A DNA stretch of 64,000 nt from an uncultured Tateyamaria sp. Lineage in GTDB: Bacteria; Pseudomonadota; Alphaproteobacteria; Rhodobacterales; Rhodobacteraceae. The notes beneath the pieces are model-generated. The model was not told where the DNA came from. It searched no databases and saw only the letters and a program-made list of their open reading frames with translations. The stretch lies in assembly GCF_947497045.1 (NCBI RefSeq), contig NZ_CANMEU010000015.1:3470-67469 (forward strand). Reading direction: 5' to 3'. The translations under genes and the position numbers were made by a program. This document shows positions 26,835 to 37,204 of the stretch, piece after piece (positions within the stretch are counted from its first letter, which is position 1; every line of letters begins with the position of its first letter).

Positions 26835-28379
26835 ATGTTCAGCACCGAGATCGCGATGGATGCGCCCGTCAGGGACGGCTTGATGCTGGCGGGCGGGTCG
26901 GTCCTGCTGGCGCTGATCTGGTTCGTGTTCCGGCGCACGAGCGTCGGCACGCGGGTGCTGTCGTGCTATATGTGGATTGATACGGCCGCAAACTTTGTGA
27001 TCATTCCACTGACGATCTTTGGGGTCGGTCGTTTTCTGACACAGCTGTTCGACGTTCTGCAATATGCGGAATTCGCAAACCTGACAGTCACGATCACGCA
27101 GCTTGCGCTTTATGTGACCATATCCATCGGGCTTGGGCGTATTGTCGAAGTGTGGATCAGCGTCGCCCACGCAGATGATGTCAGTGACGGGCATCTGCCC
27201 CAGCTTTTGCGGCTGATCCTCTACGGGCTGTGCGTGATCGGCGGGCTTGCGGTCTTTCTGACCATGAACGGCTATCGCCCGACCGAACTTTATCTGTCGA
27301 CCGGGGTGCTGGCTGCCATCCTTGCCTTTGCGACGCAACAAACGCTTGGGGACTTTTTCGCCGGGCTCACGCTCAGCCTCGAAAGCCCCTTCAAGCTCGA
27401 AGACTGGATCATGCTTGAGGATGGCACCGAAGGCCGGGTGATCGACATCAACTGGCGCACCACCCGACTGCGGCAATGGGACAATGCCACGCTTGTGGTG
27501 CCCAACAGCGTGCTGGCCAAAACGCGCATTCGCAACCTGCACGACCGCAACCACAAATATTCGCCATGGTACATGATCCGCATCTCGGCAGATTACGACC
27601 CGCGCGCAATCAAGGTTCTACTGCTTGAGGCCGCGTTGCGGTGCAAACGGTCGGTTCCGGGGGCCTTGCCCACGATCCGTCTGACGGATGCGACCCAATC
27701 GCCTTATTCCTACATGGTGTGGGTGCATTTCCCCAACTACCAGGCCATGTTCGCCGGACGCGAAGAGCTGTTTCGCGAAATTCACAACGCCCTGAAAGAC
27801 GCCGGACTGCAAGTCGCCGTCGACCTGCAAGAGGTCCGCTATGCCCGCGCCACCCACAGCCCGATGGAGCCACCAAACGTCCTGATGGCCCTCAAATCAC
27901 TGGATTTCGCCGCCTTCCTCACCGACGAGGATCTGGGCAAAATCGCCGCCATGAGCGAGCGGTCCTTTTTTGAGGCGGGCAGCGTGATCCTCAACGAGGG
28001 CGAACAGGCGGACCAGATGCAGATCATCTCGACCGGCGTGGTCGAGGTCAGCGTGTCCTCAAATACAGGGCGGCGCCACCATGTCGAAGAACTGAACCCC
28101 GGCCAGTATTTCGGGCTTGCCGCGATGCTGACCAATGAACCTGCCGCCATGCAATATCTGGCCAGGACCGACGTGTCGATCATCCGCGTCAATGTCGATT
28201 GTCTGCGCCACGTTGTCTCCGGCAGGGACGGGATCACCGAACAGTTTGCGCAACTCGTGCAACACCGCCGTCAGCGCGCCGAAGACGCCAAGACCTACGT
28301 TCAGGACAGCGGGCAGGCCATCACCTTCCAGGACCTCGTGCGTCGTGTGGATCGTGTGTTTCGGGGCGGGACGCGCTGA
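26835..28379 (+). CDS. MscS-family mechanosensitive channel with a C-terminal cyclic-nucleotide-binding domain
   Basis: TM segments followed by the MscS beta-domain (GRVIDINWRTTRLRQWDNATLVVPNS). cNMP-like region (FFEAGSVILNEGEQADQMQII ... GQYFGLAAML). Confidence 0.85.
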   Translation: MFSTEIAMDAPVRDGLMLAGGSVLLALIWFVFRRTSVGTRVLSCYMWIDTAANFVIIPLTIFGVGRFLTQLFDVLQYAEFANLTVTITQLALYVTISIGLGRIVEVWISVAHADDVSDGHLPQLLRLILYGLCVIGGLAVFLTMNGYRPTELYLSTGVLAAILAFATQQTLGDFFAGLTLSLESPFKLEDWIMLEDGTEGRVIDINWRTTRLRQWDNATLVVPNSVLAKTRIRNLHDRNHKYSPWYMIRISADYDPRAIKVLLLEAALRCKRSVPGALPTIRLTDATQSPYSYMVWVHFPNYQAMFAGREELFREIHNALKDAGLQVAVDLQEVRYARATHSPMEPPNVLMALKSLDFAAFLTDEDLGKIAAMSERSFFEAGSVILNEGEQADQMQIISTGVVEVSVSSNTGRRHHVEELNPGQYFGLAAMLTNEPAAMQYLARTDVSIIRVNVDCLRHVVSGRDGITEQFAQLVQHRRQRAEDAKTYVQDSGQAITFQDLVRRVDRVFRGGTR

Positions 28380-28529
28380 TCACGCGCAAGCCCCACTGCA
28401 CCTGTCAGCGCCGTGTTCATTGCACAACAACCCCGTCCAAGATCGGCCCCTGCCCCCTCGCAATGATTGCCTTCATCATTCAATACTGCGCGGAGTGCAG
28501 CACACCAGATACGGGAAAGCGATTTGCAG

Positions 28530-29954
28530 ATGTCCATTACACCTGTCCTCCTGTGCGGCGGCGCGGGGTCGCGCCTGTGGCCCCTGTCGCGCAAAAGCTA
28601 TCCCAAACAGTTTGTGCCCCTGCTTGGTGATGAAACACTGTTTCAGGCCTCGGCCAGCCGCCTCCGGTCGTTCGAGGATCCGCTGATCGTAACCGCGTCC
28701 GACTTCCGGTTCATCGTGACCGAACAACTGGCCGCCATTGGCATCGACCCCGGTGCCATCCTGCTTGAACCCGAGGGGCGCAACACCGCGCCCGCGGTTC
28801 TGGCCGCCGCGCTTTATCTGCACGCGCGTGATCCCGATGCGATCATGCTGGTTTGCCCCTCCGACCATCTGATCCCCGACCCTGCCCAATTTCTTGACGC
28901 CGCGCAGGTCGCGCAGGACGTGGCCGAACAAGGGCAGCTCGTGACCTTCGGGATCACACCGACCCATCCCGAAACCGGGTACGGATATCTCGAACTCGCC
29001 GAGGCACCCCAAGGCGGCCCCGCGCCCCTGAAACGTTTTGTGGAAAAGCCGGATGCGGCCACGGCAGCGACACTTGTCGCCTCGGGCAAACACATGTGGA
29101 ACGCCGGAATCTTCATGTTCCGCGCCGCCGCCATCATCAAGGCATTCAAGGCCCATGCCCCCAACCTGATGGACCCGGTATCAGCCGCGCTTGATACGGC
29201 AAAGCCCGACCTTGGATTCCTGCGCCTCGCACCCGACCCATGGGGACAGGCCGAAAACATCTCGATCGATTATGCGGTGATGGAACGGGCCGACAACCTG
29301 TCGGTCGTGCCCTACACCCACGCGTGGTCGGACTTGGGCGGATGGGAAGCGGTCTGGCGCGAAAGCGCACGCAACGACCGCGGCGTCGCCACCCACGGGA
29401 ATGCAACAGCCATTGACTGCGACAACGCCCTGTTACGCTCGGAAAGTGACGAGATGGCCCTCGTGGGCATCGGCCTCAGGAACATCGTGGCCGTGGCGAT
29501 GAACGACGCCGTGCTGGTCGCCGACACCGCGCGCGGGCAGGACGTCAGGCTGGCGGTGCAATCCCTCAAGGCGCAAGGGGCGGTGCAGGCCGAACAGTTC
29601 CCCAAGGATCACCGCCCATGGGGCTGGTTCGAAAGCCTCGTGATCGGGAACCGCTTTCAGGTGAAACGGATCGTCGTGCATCCCGGTGCCGCACTCAGCC
29701 TGCAAAGCCACCACCACCGCGCCGAACACTGGATCGTTGTCGAAGGCACCGCCAAGGTCACGATAGATAATGAGGTCAAGCTGATCAGCGAAAACCAGTC
29801 CGTCTATATCCCGCTCGGGGCGGTGCACCGGATGGAAAACCCCGGCAAGATGCCCATGGTCCTGATCGAAGTGCAGACCGGATCCTATCTGGGTGAGGAC
29901 GACATCATTCGCTACGAAGACGTCTATGCGCGCGGCGCCGGGGCCAAAGGATAA
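28530..29954 (+). CDS. manC: Mannose-1-phosphate guanylyltransferase / mannose-6-phosphate isomerase
   Basis: The start was moved to MSITPVLLCGGAGSRLWPLSRKSYPKQF. C-terminal cupin (RPWGWFE ... HHHRAEHWIVVEG). Confidence 0.9.
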   Translation: MSITPVLLCGGAGSRLWPLSRKSYPKQFVPLLGDETLFQASASRLRSFEDPLIVTASDFRFIVTEQLAAIGIDPGAILLEPEGRNTAPAVLAAALYLHARDPDAIMLVCPSDHLIPDPAQFLDAAQVAQDVAEQGQLVTFGITPTHPETGYGYLELAEAPQGGPAPLKRFVEKPDAATAATLVASGKHMWNAGIFMFRAAAIIKAFKAHAPNLMDPVSAALDTAKPDLGFLRLAPDPWGQAENISIDYAVMERADNLSVVPYTHAWSDLGGWEAVWRESARNDRGVATHGNATAIDCDNALLRSESDEMALVGIGLRNIVAVAMNDAVLVADTARGQDVRLAVQSLKAQGAVQAEQFPKDHRPWGWFESLVIGNRFQVKRIVVHPGAALSLQSHHHRAEHWIVVEGTAKVTIDNEVKLISENQSVYIPLGAVHRMENPGKMPMVLIEVQTGSYLGEDDIIRYEDVYARGAGAKG

Positions 29955-30178
29955 CGCCGCACGCATCGGCGCAAATATCGCGTCAAATCAAAGCCCACTT
30001 GCGACATTGACGCCAAAGCGCTTAGTCTGAATGTCCAACGCCCCCGGCAAAACCATGTCCGAGGTTGGAACCTGAAGCCATGCGGGGGTGTTTACCCTTG
30101 CCTGTCTCGCAGGCGCACACGATTCCGGCCGGTCTCCGGCACCGCGCGAACCCGTCAGCCAAAAGGTATGCCACACAT

Positions 30179-32383
30179 ATGGCCGCACCATCTCACACCG
30201 ACCCGGGTACGCGCCCCGCCTTCCTGACAGCAAATGACATCTCAGCCTTGAACGCAGGCGACCACCCGGCCCCCTTTGACGTGCTCGGCCCGCACAAAAT
30301 CAAGAACCGGCGTTGGATCATTGCGCTCAAACCCGGGGCCGTTTCGGTCACCGCCCATGTGGGCAGCAAGGACACCGAGTTGCTGCGTCTGGACGGCGAC
30401 GTGTTCGCCGCCCCCGTGCCCGGCAAATCCTACACGCTGACAGCACATTATGCGGACGGCACCACCCATATGGCTGGCGACCCTTTCGCCTATGACCCGG
30501 TGCTGACCGACTTCGATCAATACCTGGTCGGCGAAGGCACGCATAAGGAACTCTGGCGCGTTCTGGGCGCGCACGTCATGTCCCATCAGGGCACGCATGG
30601 CACCCATTTCGCGGTCTGGGCCCCGAACGCGCGCAAGGTCAGCGTGATCGGCGATTTCAACGGATGGGACGGGCGGCAACATCCCATGCGCCGCGCCGGC
30701 ATCACCGGCGTGTGGGAGACGTTCCTGCCCGGCGTCGGTGACGGTGCGCTTTATAAATACGAGATCACGTCGGATGCGGGCACCGCCCTCAAGGCCGACC
30801 CGGTGGGCTTCGGCTCTCAGCATCCGCCAGAAAAGGCATCCATCGTGCGCGACATCACAGGCTATGGCTGGAAGGATGCGGCATGGATGAAATCTCGGGC
30901 GGCACGCGCAGATCGTGGCCAGCCCATTTCGATTTACGAGGTGCATCTGGGGTCGTGGCGGCGACGCTATGACGACGGGGGCCGCCCGCTCAGCTACAAG
31001 GAACTCGCGCACGATCTGATCGGCTACGTCAAACATATGGGCTTCACCCATATCGAACTCATGCCGGTATCGGAATTCCCCTTTGACGGCTCCTGGGGCT
31101 ATCAGCCCGTGGGCATCTACGCCCCCACAATCCGCTTTGGCCCCCCCCACGAGTTTCGCGACCTGATCGAGGCGGCCCATGCCAGCGAGATCGGCGTGCT
31201 GCTCGACTGGGTGCCGGGGCATTTCCCCACCGACGATCATGGGCTGGCGAAATTCGACGGCACCGCCCTTTATGAACATGCCGACCCGCGCGAGGGCTTT
31301 CATCAGGACTGGAACACGCTGATCTACAACTACGGGCGGGTTGAGGTGAAAAACTACCTCGTCGCCAACGCGCTCTACTGGATGGAGGAATATCACCTCG
31401 ACGGGCTGCGCGTGGATGCGGTCGCCTCGATGCTCTACCGCGACTATTCGCGCAACGATGGGCAATGGGTCCCGAACAAGGACGGGGGGCGCGAGAACTA
31501 CGAGGCCATCGACTTTCTCAAGGACATGAACGTGGCCGTCTACGGGGCCAATGCAGGCGTGATGACCGTGGCCGAGGAAAGCACCTCCTTTCCCGGTGTG
31601 TCGCAACCTGTGCACAGCGGCGGCCTCGGGTTCGGCTACAAATGGAACATGGGGTGGATGAACGACACCCTGCGCTACATGGAAAAGGACCCCGTCTATC
31701 GCCAATACGATCATCACCTGATGACCTTCCCCATCGATTGGGCCTTCAGCGAAAATTTCATCCTGCCGATCAGCCACGATGAGGTGGTGCATGGCAAAGG
31801 GTCGATGCTGTCCAAAATGCCCGGCAGTGACTGGGAAAAATTCGCAAACCTGCGGGCCTATTACGCCTATATGTGGATGTTTCCGGGCAAAAAGCTGTTG
31901 TTCATGGGTTGCGAATTTGCACAACCGGCCGAGTGGAGCCATGACGGCGAACTTGATTGGGGTGCTGCCGAACAGCCCGCCCACAAGGGTGTGCAGAAAC
32001 TCGTGCAGGACCTCAACGTGCTTTACCGCGCCACCCCTGCCCTCTTTGCTTACGACTGCGAGGCGCGCGGGTTCGGCTGGCTTGGCAACGATCCGGCACA
32101 ATCGACCATCGCTTTCGCCCGCTTTGGCACGGACGGGGACGCGCCCGTCGTGGTCGTGTGCAACTTTACGCCCATCGAGCGCGTTGGGTTCCAAATCGGC
32201 GTCCCGGCGGCAGGGCATTGGGCCGAAGTGCTCAACACTGACGCAAGCAGCTATGGCGGCGGCAATCGGGGCAATCTCGGCGGCGTCACGACATCCACCG
32301 ACCCACGCGACGGGCAGGATCAGTCGATCACGCTGACGCTGCCACCGCTGTCCGTGATCGTACTGCGCCACACGCAGGAATGA
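30179..32383 (+). CDS. glgB: 1,4-alpha-glucan branching enzyme
   Basis: GH13 motifs DWVPGHF, GLRVDAVASM, EESTSFP and SHDEVVHGKGS. I prefer the internal ATG at 30179. Confidence 0.95.
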   Translation: MAAPSHTDPGTRPAFLTANDISALNAGDHPAPFDVLGPHKIKNRRWIIALKPGAVSVTAHVGSKDTELLRLDGDVFAAPVPGKSYTLTAHYADGTTHMAGDPFAYDPVLTDFDQYLVGEGTHKELWRVLGAHVMSHQGTHGTHFAVWAPNARKVSVIGDFNGWDGRQHPMRRAGITGVWETFLPGVGDGALYKYEITSDAGTALKADPVGFGSQHPPEKASIVRDITGYGWKDAAWMKSRAARADRGQPISIYEVHLGSWRRRYDDGGRPLSYKELAHDLIGYVKHMGFTHIELMPVSEFPFDGSWGYQPVGIYAPTIRFGPPHEFRDLIEAAHASEIGVLLDWVPGHFPTDDHGLAKFDGTALYEHADPREGFHQDWNTLIYNYGRVEVKNYLVANALYWMEEYHLDGLRVDAVASMLYRDYSRNDGQWVPNKDGGRENYEAIDFLKDMNVAVYGANAGVMTVAEESTSFPGVSQPVHSGGLGFGYKWNMGWMNDTLRYMEKDPVYRQYDHHLMTFPIDWAFSENFILPISHDEVVHGKGSMLSKMPGSDWEKFANLRAYYAYMWMFPGKKLLFMGCEFAQPAEWSHDGELDWGAAEQPAHKGVQKLVQDLNVLYRATPALFAYDCEARGFGWLGNDPAQSTIAFARFGTDGDAPVVVVCNFTPIERVGFQIGVPAAGHWAEVLNTDASSYGGGNRGNLGGVTTSTDPRDGQDQSITLTLPPLSVIVLRHTQE

Positions 32384-32407
32384 AATTCTTTGGGAGGAGA
32401 TATTCAG

Positions 32408-33664
32408 ATGAAGACGAAACGCCTAACACAACGCTCCATGGTCTTTGTGCTGGCCGGGGGTCGTGGAAGTCGCCTCAAGGAATTGACAGATCGGCGGGTA
32501 AAGCCAGCCGTGCCGTTCGGGGGCAAGGCCCGGATCATCGACTTTGCGCTGTCCAACGCGATGAATTCGGGCATTCGGAAAATGGCCATCGCTACTCAAT
32601 ACAAGGCCCACAGCCTGATCCGGCACGTGCAACGGGGCTGGAATTTCCTCGGGGCCGAGCGCAACGAATTCATCGACGTGCTGCCCGCCTCGCAGCGGGG
32701 TGGTACCGAAAGCTGGTACAAGGGCACGGCCGATGCGGTCACCCAGAACATCGATATCGTGGACAGCTACGGCGTGGACTATGTGGTGATCCTGGCGGGC
32801 GACCACATCTACAAGATGGACTATGAAATCATGCTGCGTCAGCACGTGGAATCCGCCGCCGATGTGACCGTGGGCTGCCTGACCGTGCCGCGGATGGAGG
32901 CGACGGCCTTTGGCGTCATGGCCACCAACAAGGAGGGGCAGATCACCAGCTTTCTTGAGAAGCCCGCCGATCCGCCCGGCACGCCCGAAGACCCCGAAAA
33001 GGCGCTCGCCTCGATGGGAATCTATGTGTTTGATTGGACATTCCTGCGCGATCTGCTGCGCAGGGACGCGGAAAACCCCGACTCCTCCAACGATTTCGGT
33101 AACGACCTGATCCCCGACATCGTGGCCAACGGCAAGGCAATGGCGCACCGGTTCGACGACAGCTGCGTGCGGGCCGACGAGGCACCGGCCTACTGGAAAG
33201 ACGTGGGCACGGTCGATGCCTTCTGGCAGGCGCATATCGATCTGACCAACTTCACCCCCGAACTGGACCTGTGGGATCGCGACTGGCCGATCTGGACCTA
33301 CAATGCCAGCGTGCCACCGGCCAAGTTCATCCACGACGAACGCGACAGACGGGGGATCGCCATCTCGTCCATGGTGTCGGGGGGGTGCATTGTCTCGGGC
33401 ACCGAAGTCCGCAATTCCGTCCTGTTCACCAATGTGCACACCAACTCCTACGCTGTCCTTGATCATGCGGTGGTCCTACCGGATGTGGTCGTCCACCGCT
33501 CGGCCCGGCTGCGGCAGGTGGTGATCGACGGCGGCGTCATCATTCCCGAAGGACTTGTGGTCGGCGAGGACCCGACCGAGGACGCCAAGTGGTTCCGCGT
33601 GACCGAACGGGGCACGACCCTGATCACCCAGGCCATGCTTGACACGCGCGCAGCCGCCACATGA
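32408..33664 (+). CDS. glgC: Glucose-1-phosphate adenylyltransferase
   Basis: [46 protein letters not shown] lies upstream of the ATG at 32408. Confidence 0.95.
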   Translation: MKTKRLTQRSMVFVLAGGRGSRLKELTDRRVKPAVPFGGKARIIDFALSNAMNSGIRKMAIATQYKAHSLIRHVQRGWNFLGAERNEFIDVLPASQRGGTESWYKGTADAVTQNIDIVDSYGVDYVVILAGDHIYKMDYEIMLRQHVESAADVTVGCLTVPRMEATAFGVMATNKEGQITSFLEKPADPPGTPEDPEKALASMGIYVFDWTFLRDLLRRDAENPDSSNDFGNDLIPDIVANGKAMAHRFDDSCVRADEAPAYWKDVGTVDAFWQAHIDLTNFTPELDLWDRDWPIWTYNASVPPAKFIHDERDRRGIAISSMVSGGCIVSGTEVRNSVLFTNVHTNSYAVLDHAVVLPDVVVHRSARLRQVVIDGGVIIPEGLVVGEDPTEDAKWFRVTERGTTLITQAMLDTRAAAT

Positions 33665-35094
33665 TCAAGGTCCTGTCCATCACGTCCGAATGCGCCCCCC
33701 TGATCAAGACGGGCGGGCTCGCGGATGTGGCCGGGGCCCTGCCCCTCGCGCTGACCCGGCAGGGCTGCGAGATGCGCACGCTGCTGCCTGGTTACCGCGC
33801 GATCATGGGCAAGCTCGGGCAGACGAAAAAGGTGGCGACGTTCAGGAACCTGTTCGGCGGCAAGGCAACGCTGCTGGTCTGCTCGGTCGCTGGCCTCGAC
33901 CTGCTGGTGCTGGACGCGCCGCACCTCTTTGACCGTGACGGCGGGATTTACGTTGATGCGGCGGGGCAGGACTGGCCCGACAACCCCGAACGGTTTGCGG
34001 CCCTCAGCTTTGCGGCGGCGCATATTGGGGGGGGTGCGCTCGACTGGACACCGGACATCCTGCATGGCCATGACTGGCAGGCGGGGCTGACGCCGGAATA
34101 TCTGCACAGCGCGGGCGTGCAGACGCCCTTCGTCTTCACGATCCACAACATCGCATTTCACGGCAATTGCAGCAGCGACAAACTTGGCGATCTGCATCTC
34201 GACCAGGCCCGCTTTGACGTGGATCATTTCGAATTCTGGGGCCAGATTTCCGCGCTCAAGGCCGGGCTGATGGGCGCGGCCAAGATCAACACCGTCTCGC
34301 GCACCTATGCCGAAGAGTTGCTGACGCCCGAGTTCGGCATGGGGCTGGATGGGGTGCTGGCCCGGCGCAAGGCGGACCTGACGGGCATCGTAAACGGCAT
34401 CGACACGGCGGCCTGGGACCCTCAAACCGACCCCAACATCAAACCCTTCAAATCCCCCGCGGGCAAAGCCGCCAACAAGAAGGCCCTGCAAAAGACCTTT
34501 GGCCTCACCCCTGCTGACGGCCCACTCTGTGTCCTGATCTCACGATTGACCGAGCAAAAGGGCATCGACCTGCTAATCGACGCCCTGCCCACTCTGCTGG
34601 AGCGTGGCGGCCAACTCGCCCTGCTTGGCTCGGGCGATCCAAGGCTCGAGGTCTCGCTGCTCGAAGCCGCCGCGCGCCATGACAATGTCGCCGTCAGGAT
34701 CGGCTATGACGAACCGCTCTCGCATCAGATGGTGGCCGGGGGCGACGCCATCCTCGTGCCCTCACGGTTCGAACCCTGCGGGCTGACGCAGCTTTACGGG
34801 CTGCGCTATGGCGCACTGCCGCTGGTGGCGCTGACCGGGGGGCTGGCCGATACGGTCATCAACGCCTCGCCCGCCGCCATGTCCTCAGGGGTCGCAACGG
34901 GCATTCAGTTCTTCCCCGTGACCGCCCCGGCGCTGTCGAATGCCTTCACCCGTCTGCATGACCTTTATCGCCAGCCCAAACTCTGGCAACAGATGCAGCG
35001 CAATGCGATGAAACAGCAGGTCGGTTGGGAAACGTCCGCCGCCGCCTATCGCGCCATCTACGCACCCCTTGTCGAGGCAGGCAACGCACAGTGA
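33661..35094 (+). CDS. glgA: Glycogen synthase
   Basis: N-terminal [15 protein letters not shown] (KTGGL motif). ATGA overlap with glgC. Confidence 0.95.
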   Translation: MIKVLSITSECAPLIKTGGLADVAGALPLALTRQGCEMRTLLPGYRAIMGKLGQTKKVATFRNLFGGKATLLVCSVAGLDLLVLDAPHLFDRDGGIYVDAAGQDWPDNPERFAALSFAAAHIGGGALDWTPDILHGHDWQAGLTPEYLHSAGVQTPFVFTIHNIAFHGNCSSDKLGDLHLDQARFDVDHFEFWGQISALKAGLMGAAKINTVSRTYAEELLTPEFGMGLDGVLARRKADLTGIVNGIDTAAWDPQTDPNIKPFKSPAGKAANKKALQKTFGLTPADGPLCVLISRLTEQKGIDLLIDALPTLLERGGQLALLGSGDPRLEVSLLEAAARHDNVAVRIGYDEPLSHQMVAGGDAILVPSRFEPCGLTQLYGLRYGALPLVALTGGLADTVINASPAAMSSGVATGIQFFPVTAPALSNAFTRLHDLYRQPKLWQQMQRNAMKQQVGWETSAAAYRAIYAPLVEAGNAQ

Positions 35095-37166
35095 GCAATT
35101 TCGGAATTCGGCCCGGCCTTCCGGCCCCGCTTGGGGCCAGTTTCGACGGTGAAGGCGTGAATTTCGCCGTCTACTCGCGCCACGCGACCAAGGTCATCCT
35201 ATGCCTGTTCGACGACAGCGGTGTGGCCACACAAGAGATCATCCTGCCCGAACGCGAAGGGCACATCTGGCACGGCTACTTCACCGGCATGCGACCGGGC
35301 CAGCAATATGGCTACCGGATGGACGGGCCCTACGTGCCGGAGGAAGGGCATCGGTTCAACCCGTTCAAACTGCTAATCGACCCCTATGCCAAGCAGTTGA
35401 CGGGGCATCCGATCTGGAATGATGCGCTGTTCGGCTATGTACCGGGACACAAGACCAAGGATCGCAGCTTTTCCAAGACCGACAGCGCGCCCTACATGCC
35501 GCGCTCGATCGTGGTCGACCCAAGCTTTGACTGGGGCAACACCCCGCGCCCGCATCACAGCTATGAGGACACGGTGATTTACGAGGCCCACGTCAAAGGC
35601 ATGACGGCCGGGCGCAGCGACGTATCCAATCCGGGGACCTATCTGGCCATGGCCTCCAACCCGGTACTGGAACACCTGACAAATCTTGGAATCACAACGG
35701 TCGAATTGCTCCCGGTCCAAGCCTTCCTCAACGAAAAATTCCTGCTGGATCGGGGGCTTACCAACTACTGGGGATACATGACCTACGGGTTCTTTGCGCC
35801 CGACCCGCGGTACATGCGTGGGGCCGACATCGCAGAGTTTCAACAGATGGTGGCGCGCTTTCACAGCGCAGGCATCGAAGTGATCCTAGATGTCGTCTAC
35901 AATCACACCGCCGAAGGGTCCGAACTGGGGCCGACGCTGATGTTTCGCGGTCTCGACAATGCGAGCTACTACCGGCTGGCCGAAAACAAGCGGTTCTATA
36001 TCGACGATGCGGGCTGCGGCAACACGCTCGATTTCGAAAACCCCGCAGTGATCCGGCTGGTCATGGACAGCTTGCGCTATTGGGTCGATGTCATGCATGT
36101 GGACGGGTTCCGCTTTGACCTCTGCTCGGCGCTTGGGCGCACCCGCGAAGGGTTCGACCGCAACGGTCCCTTCTTCCGGGCCATCGGACAGGACCCGGTG
36201 CTGAACCGCGTGAAACTGATCGCCGAGCCGTGGGATATCGGGCCCGGCGGCTATCAGCTTGGGGCTTACCCAGCCCCCTTTGCGGAATGGAACGACCAGT
36301 ACCGCGACGACGTGCGCGCCTTCTGGCGGGGCGATCCAGGCAAGGTGGCGGCGGTGGCCGCGCGGCTGTCAGGCTCCGCACAATTCTTTGACCATGACGG
36401 GCGGCACGCCACCTCATCGCTCAACTTCCTGACGGCCCATGACGGGTTCACGCTGCACGACAAGGTCAGCTACAACCAGAAACACAACCTCAACAACGGC
36501 GAGGGAAATCGCGACGGGCACTCCGACAACCACAGCGACAACATGGGCATCGAGGGGCCAACAGACGATCCCGACATCCTCGCGGCGCGCACAAGGCGCA
36601 AGCGCAACATGATCGCAACGCTGATGCTGTCGCAAGGCACCCCGATGATGCTGGCAGGCGACGAGGTCAGCAATTCGCAAAGGGGCAATAACAACGCCTA
36701 TTGTCAGGACAACGAAGTAGGTTGGGTGAACTGGCCGGAAAAGGGCGATCCGTTCTTCACCTTCTGCCAGCAGGCCATCGCGTTTCGCCGGATGCACCCG
36801 CTGCTGCGCCAGCACCGGTTCCTGCATTCGCGCCAACGGCTGATCGACGGCGAACCCGACCTGTTCTGGCGGAGGCCTGATGGGGAGCCGATGGAACAAG
36901 GCGATTGGGACAATCCCGATCTCAAGGTCATCGTGGCGGAAATGCGCATGGCCTCCGGCACACCCGAATATGTGCGGCGCGAGGGCGTGTTGCTTATCGT
37001 GCTCAACAGCGGCGATGCGGTCACGATCAATCCACCCGAATTGCCGCAGGGCGATGCGTGGGTGCGCCGCTTTGACACCAGCCAGGACGACGCCATCGCC
37101 GTCACACCGGGAATGGAGGTGGCGGCGGATGCGGTCGTCGTCTTCTCGCATGAACAACAGAACTGA
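35091..37166 (+). CDS. glgX: Glycogen debranching enzyme
   Basis: GTG start overlapping the glgA stop (GTGA). PLGASFDGEGVNFAVYS. GH13 motifs DVVYNHT, GFRFDL, EPWD. Confidence 0.9.
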   Translation: MSNFGIRPGLPAPLGASFDGEGVNFAVYSRHATKVILCLFDDSGVATQEIILPEREGHIWHGYFTGMRPGQQYGYRMDGPYVPEEGHRFNPFKLLIDPYAKQLTGHPIWNDALFGYVPGHKTKDRSFSKTDSAPYMPRSIVVDPSFDWGNTPRPHHSYEDTVIYEAHVKGMTAGRSDVSNPGTYLAMASNPVLEHLTNLGITTVELLPVQAFLNEKFLLDRGLTNYWGYMTYGFFAPDPRYMRGADIAEFQQMVARFHSAGIEVILDVVYNHTAEGSELGPTLMFRGLDNASYYRLAENKRFYIDDAGCGNTLDFENPAVIRLVMDSLRYWVDVMHVDGFRFDLCSALGRTREGFDRNGPFFRAIGQDPVLNRVKLIAEPWDIGPGGYQLGAYPAPFAEWNDQYRDDVRAFWRGDPGKVAAVAARLSGSAQFFDHDGRHATSSLNFLTAHDGFTLHDKVSYNQKHNLNNGEGNRDGHSDNHSDNMGIEGPTDDPDILAARTRRKRNMIATLMLSQGTPMMLAGDEVSNSQRGNNNAYCQDNEVGWVNWPEKGDPFFTFCQQAIAFRRMHPLLRQHRFLHSRQRLIDGEPDLFWRRPDGEPMEQGDWDNPDLKVIVAEMRMASGTPEYVRREGVLLIVLNSGDAVTINPPELPQGDAWVRRFDTSQDDAIAVTPGMEVAADAVVVFSHEQQN

Positions 37167-37204
37167 GGGGCCGCGCGGGCGGATCAAAGAGGGAGAGTAA
37201 GACC

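Noticed and set aside
29979-29988. A possible third copy of the palindromic element (the reverse complement contains ATTTGACGCG) downstream of manC.
   Set aside because: Only a 10-mer is shared and the flanks differ. That is too short to separate from chance or from a generic TTGAC -35 box.
30242-32371. A 709-aa ORF on the minus strand, antisense to glgB.
   Set aside because: The translation is R/H/G/P/A-rich low complexity with no recognisable motif. The plus-strand frame carries all GH13 branching-enzyme motifs. This is a typical high-GC shadow ORF.
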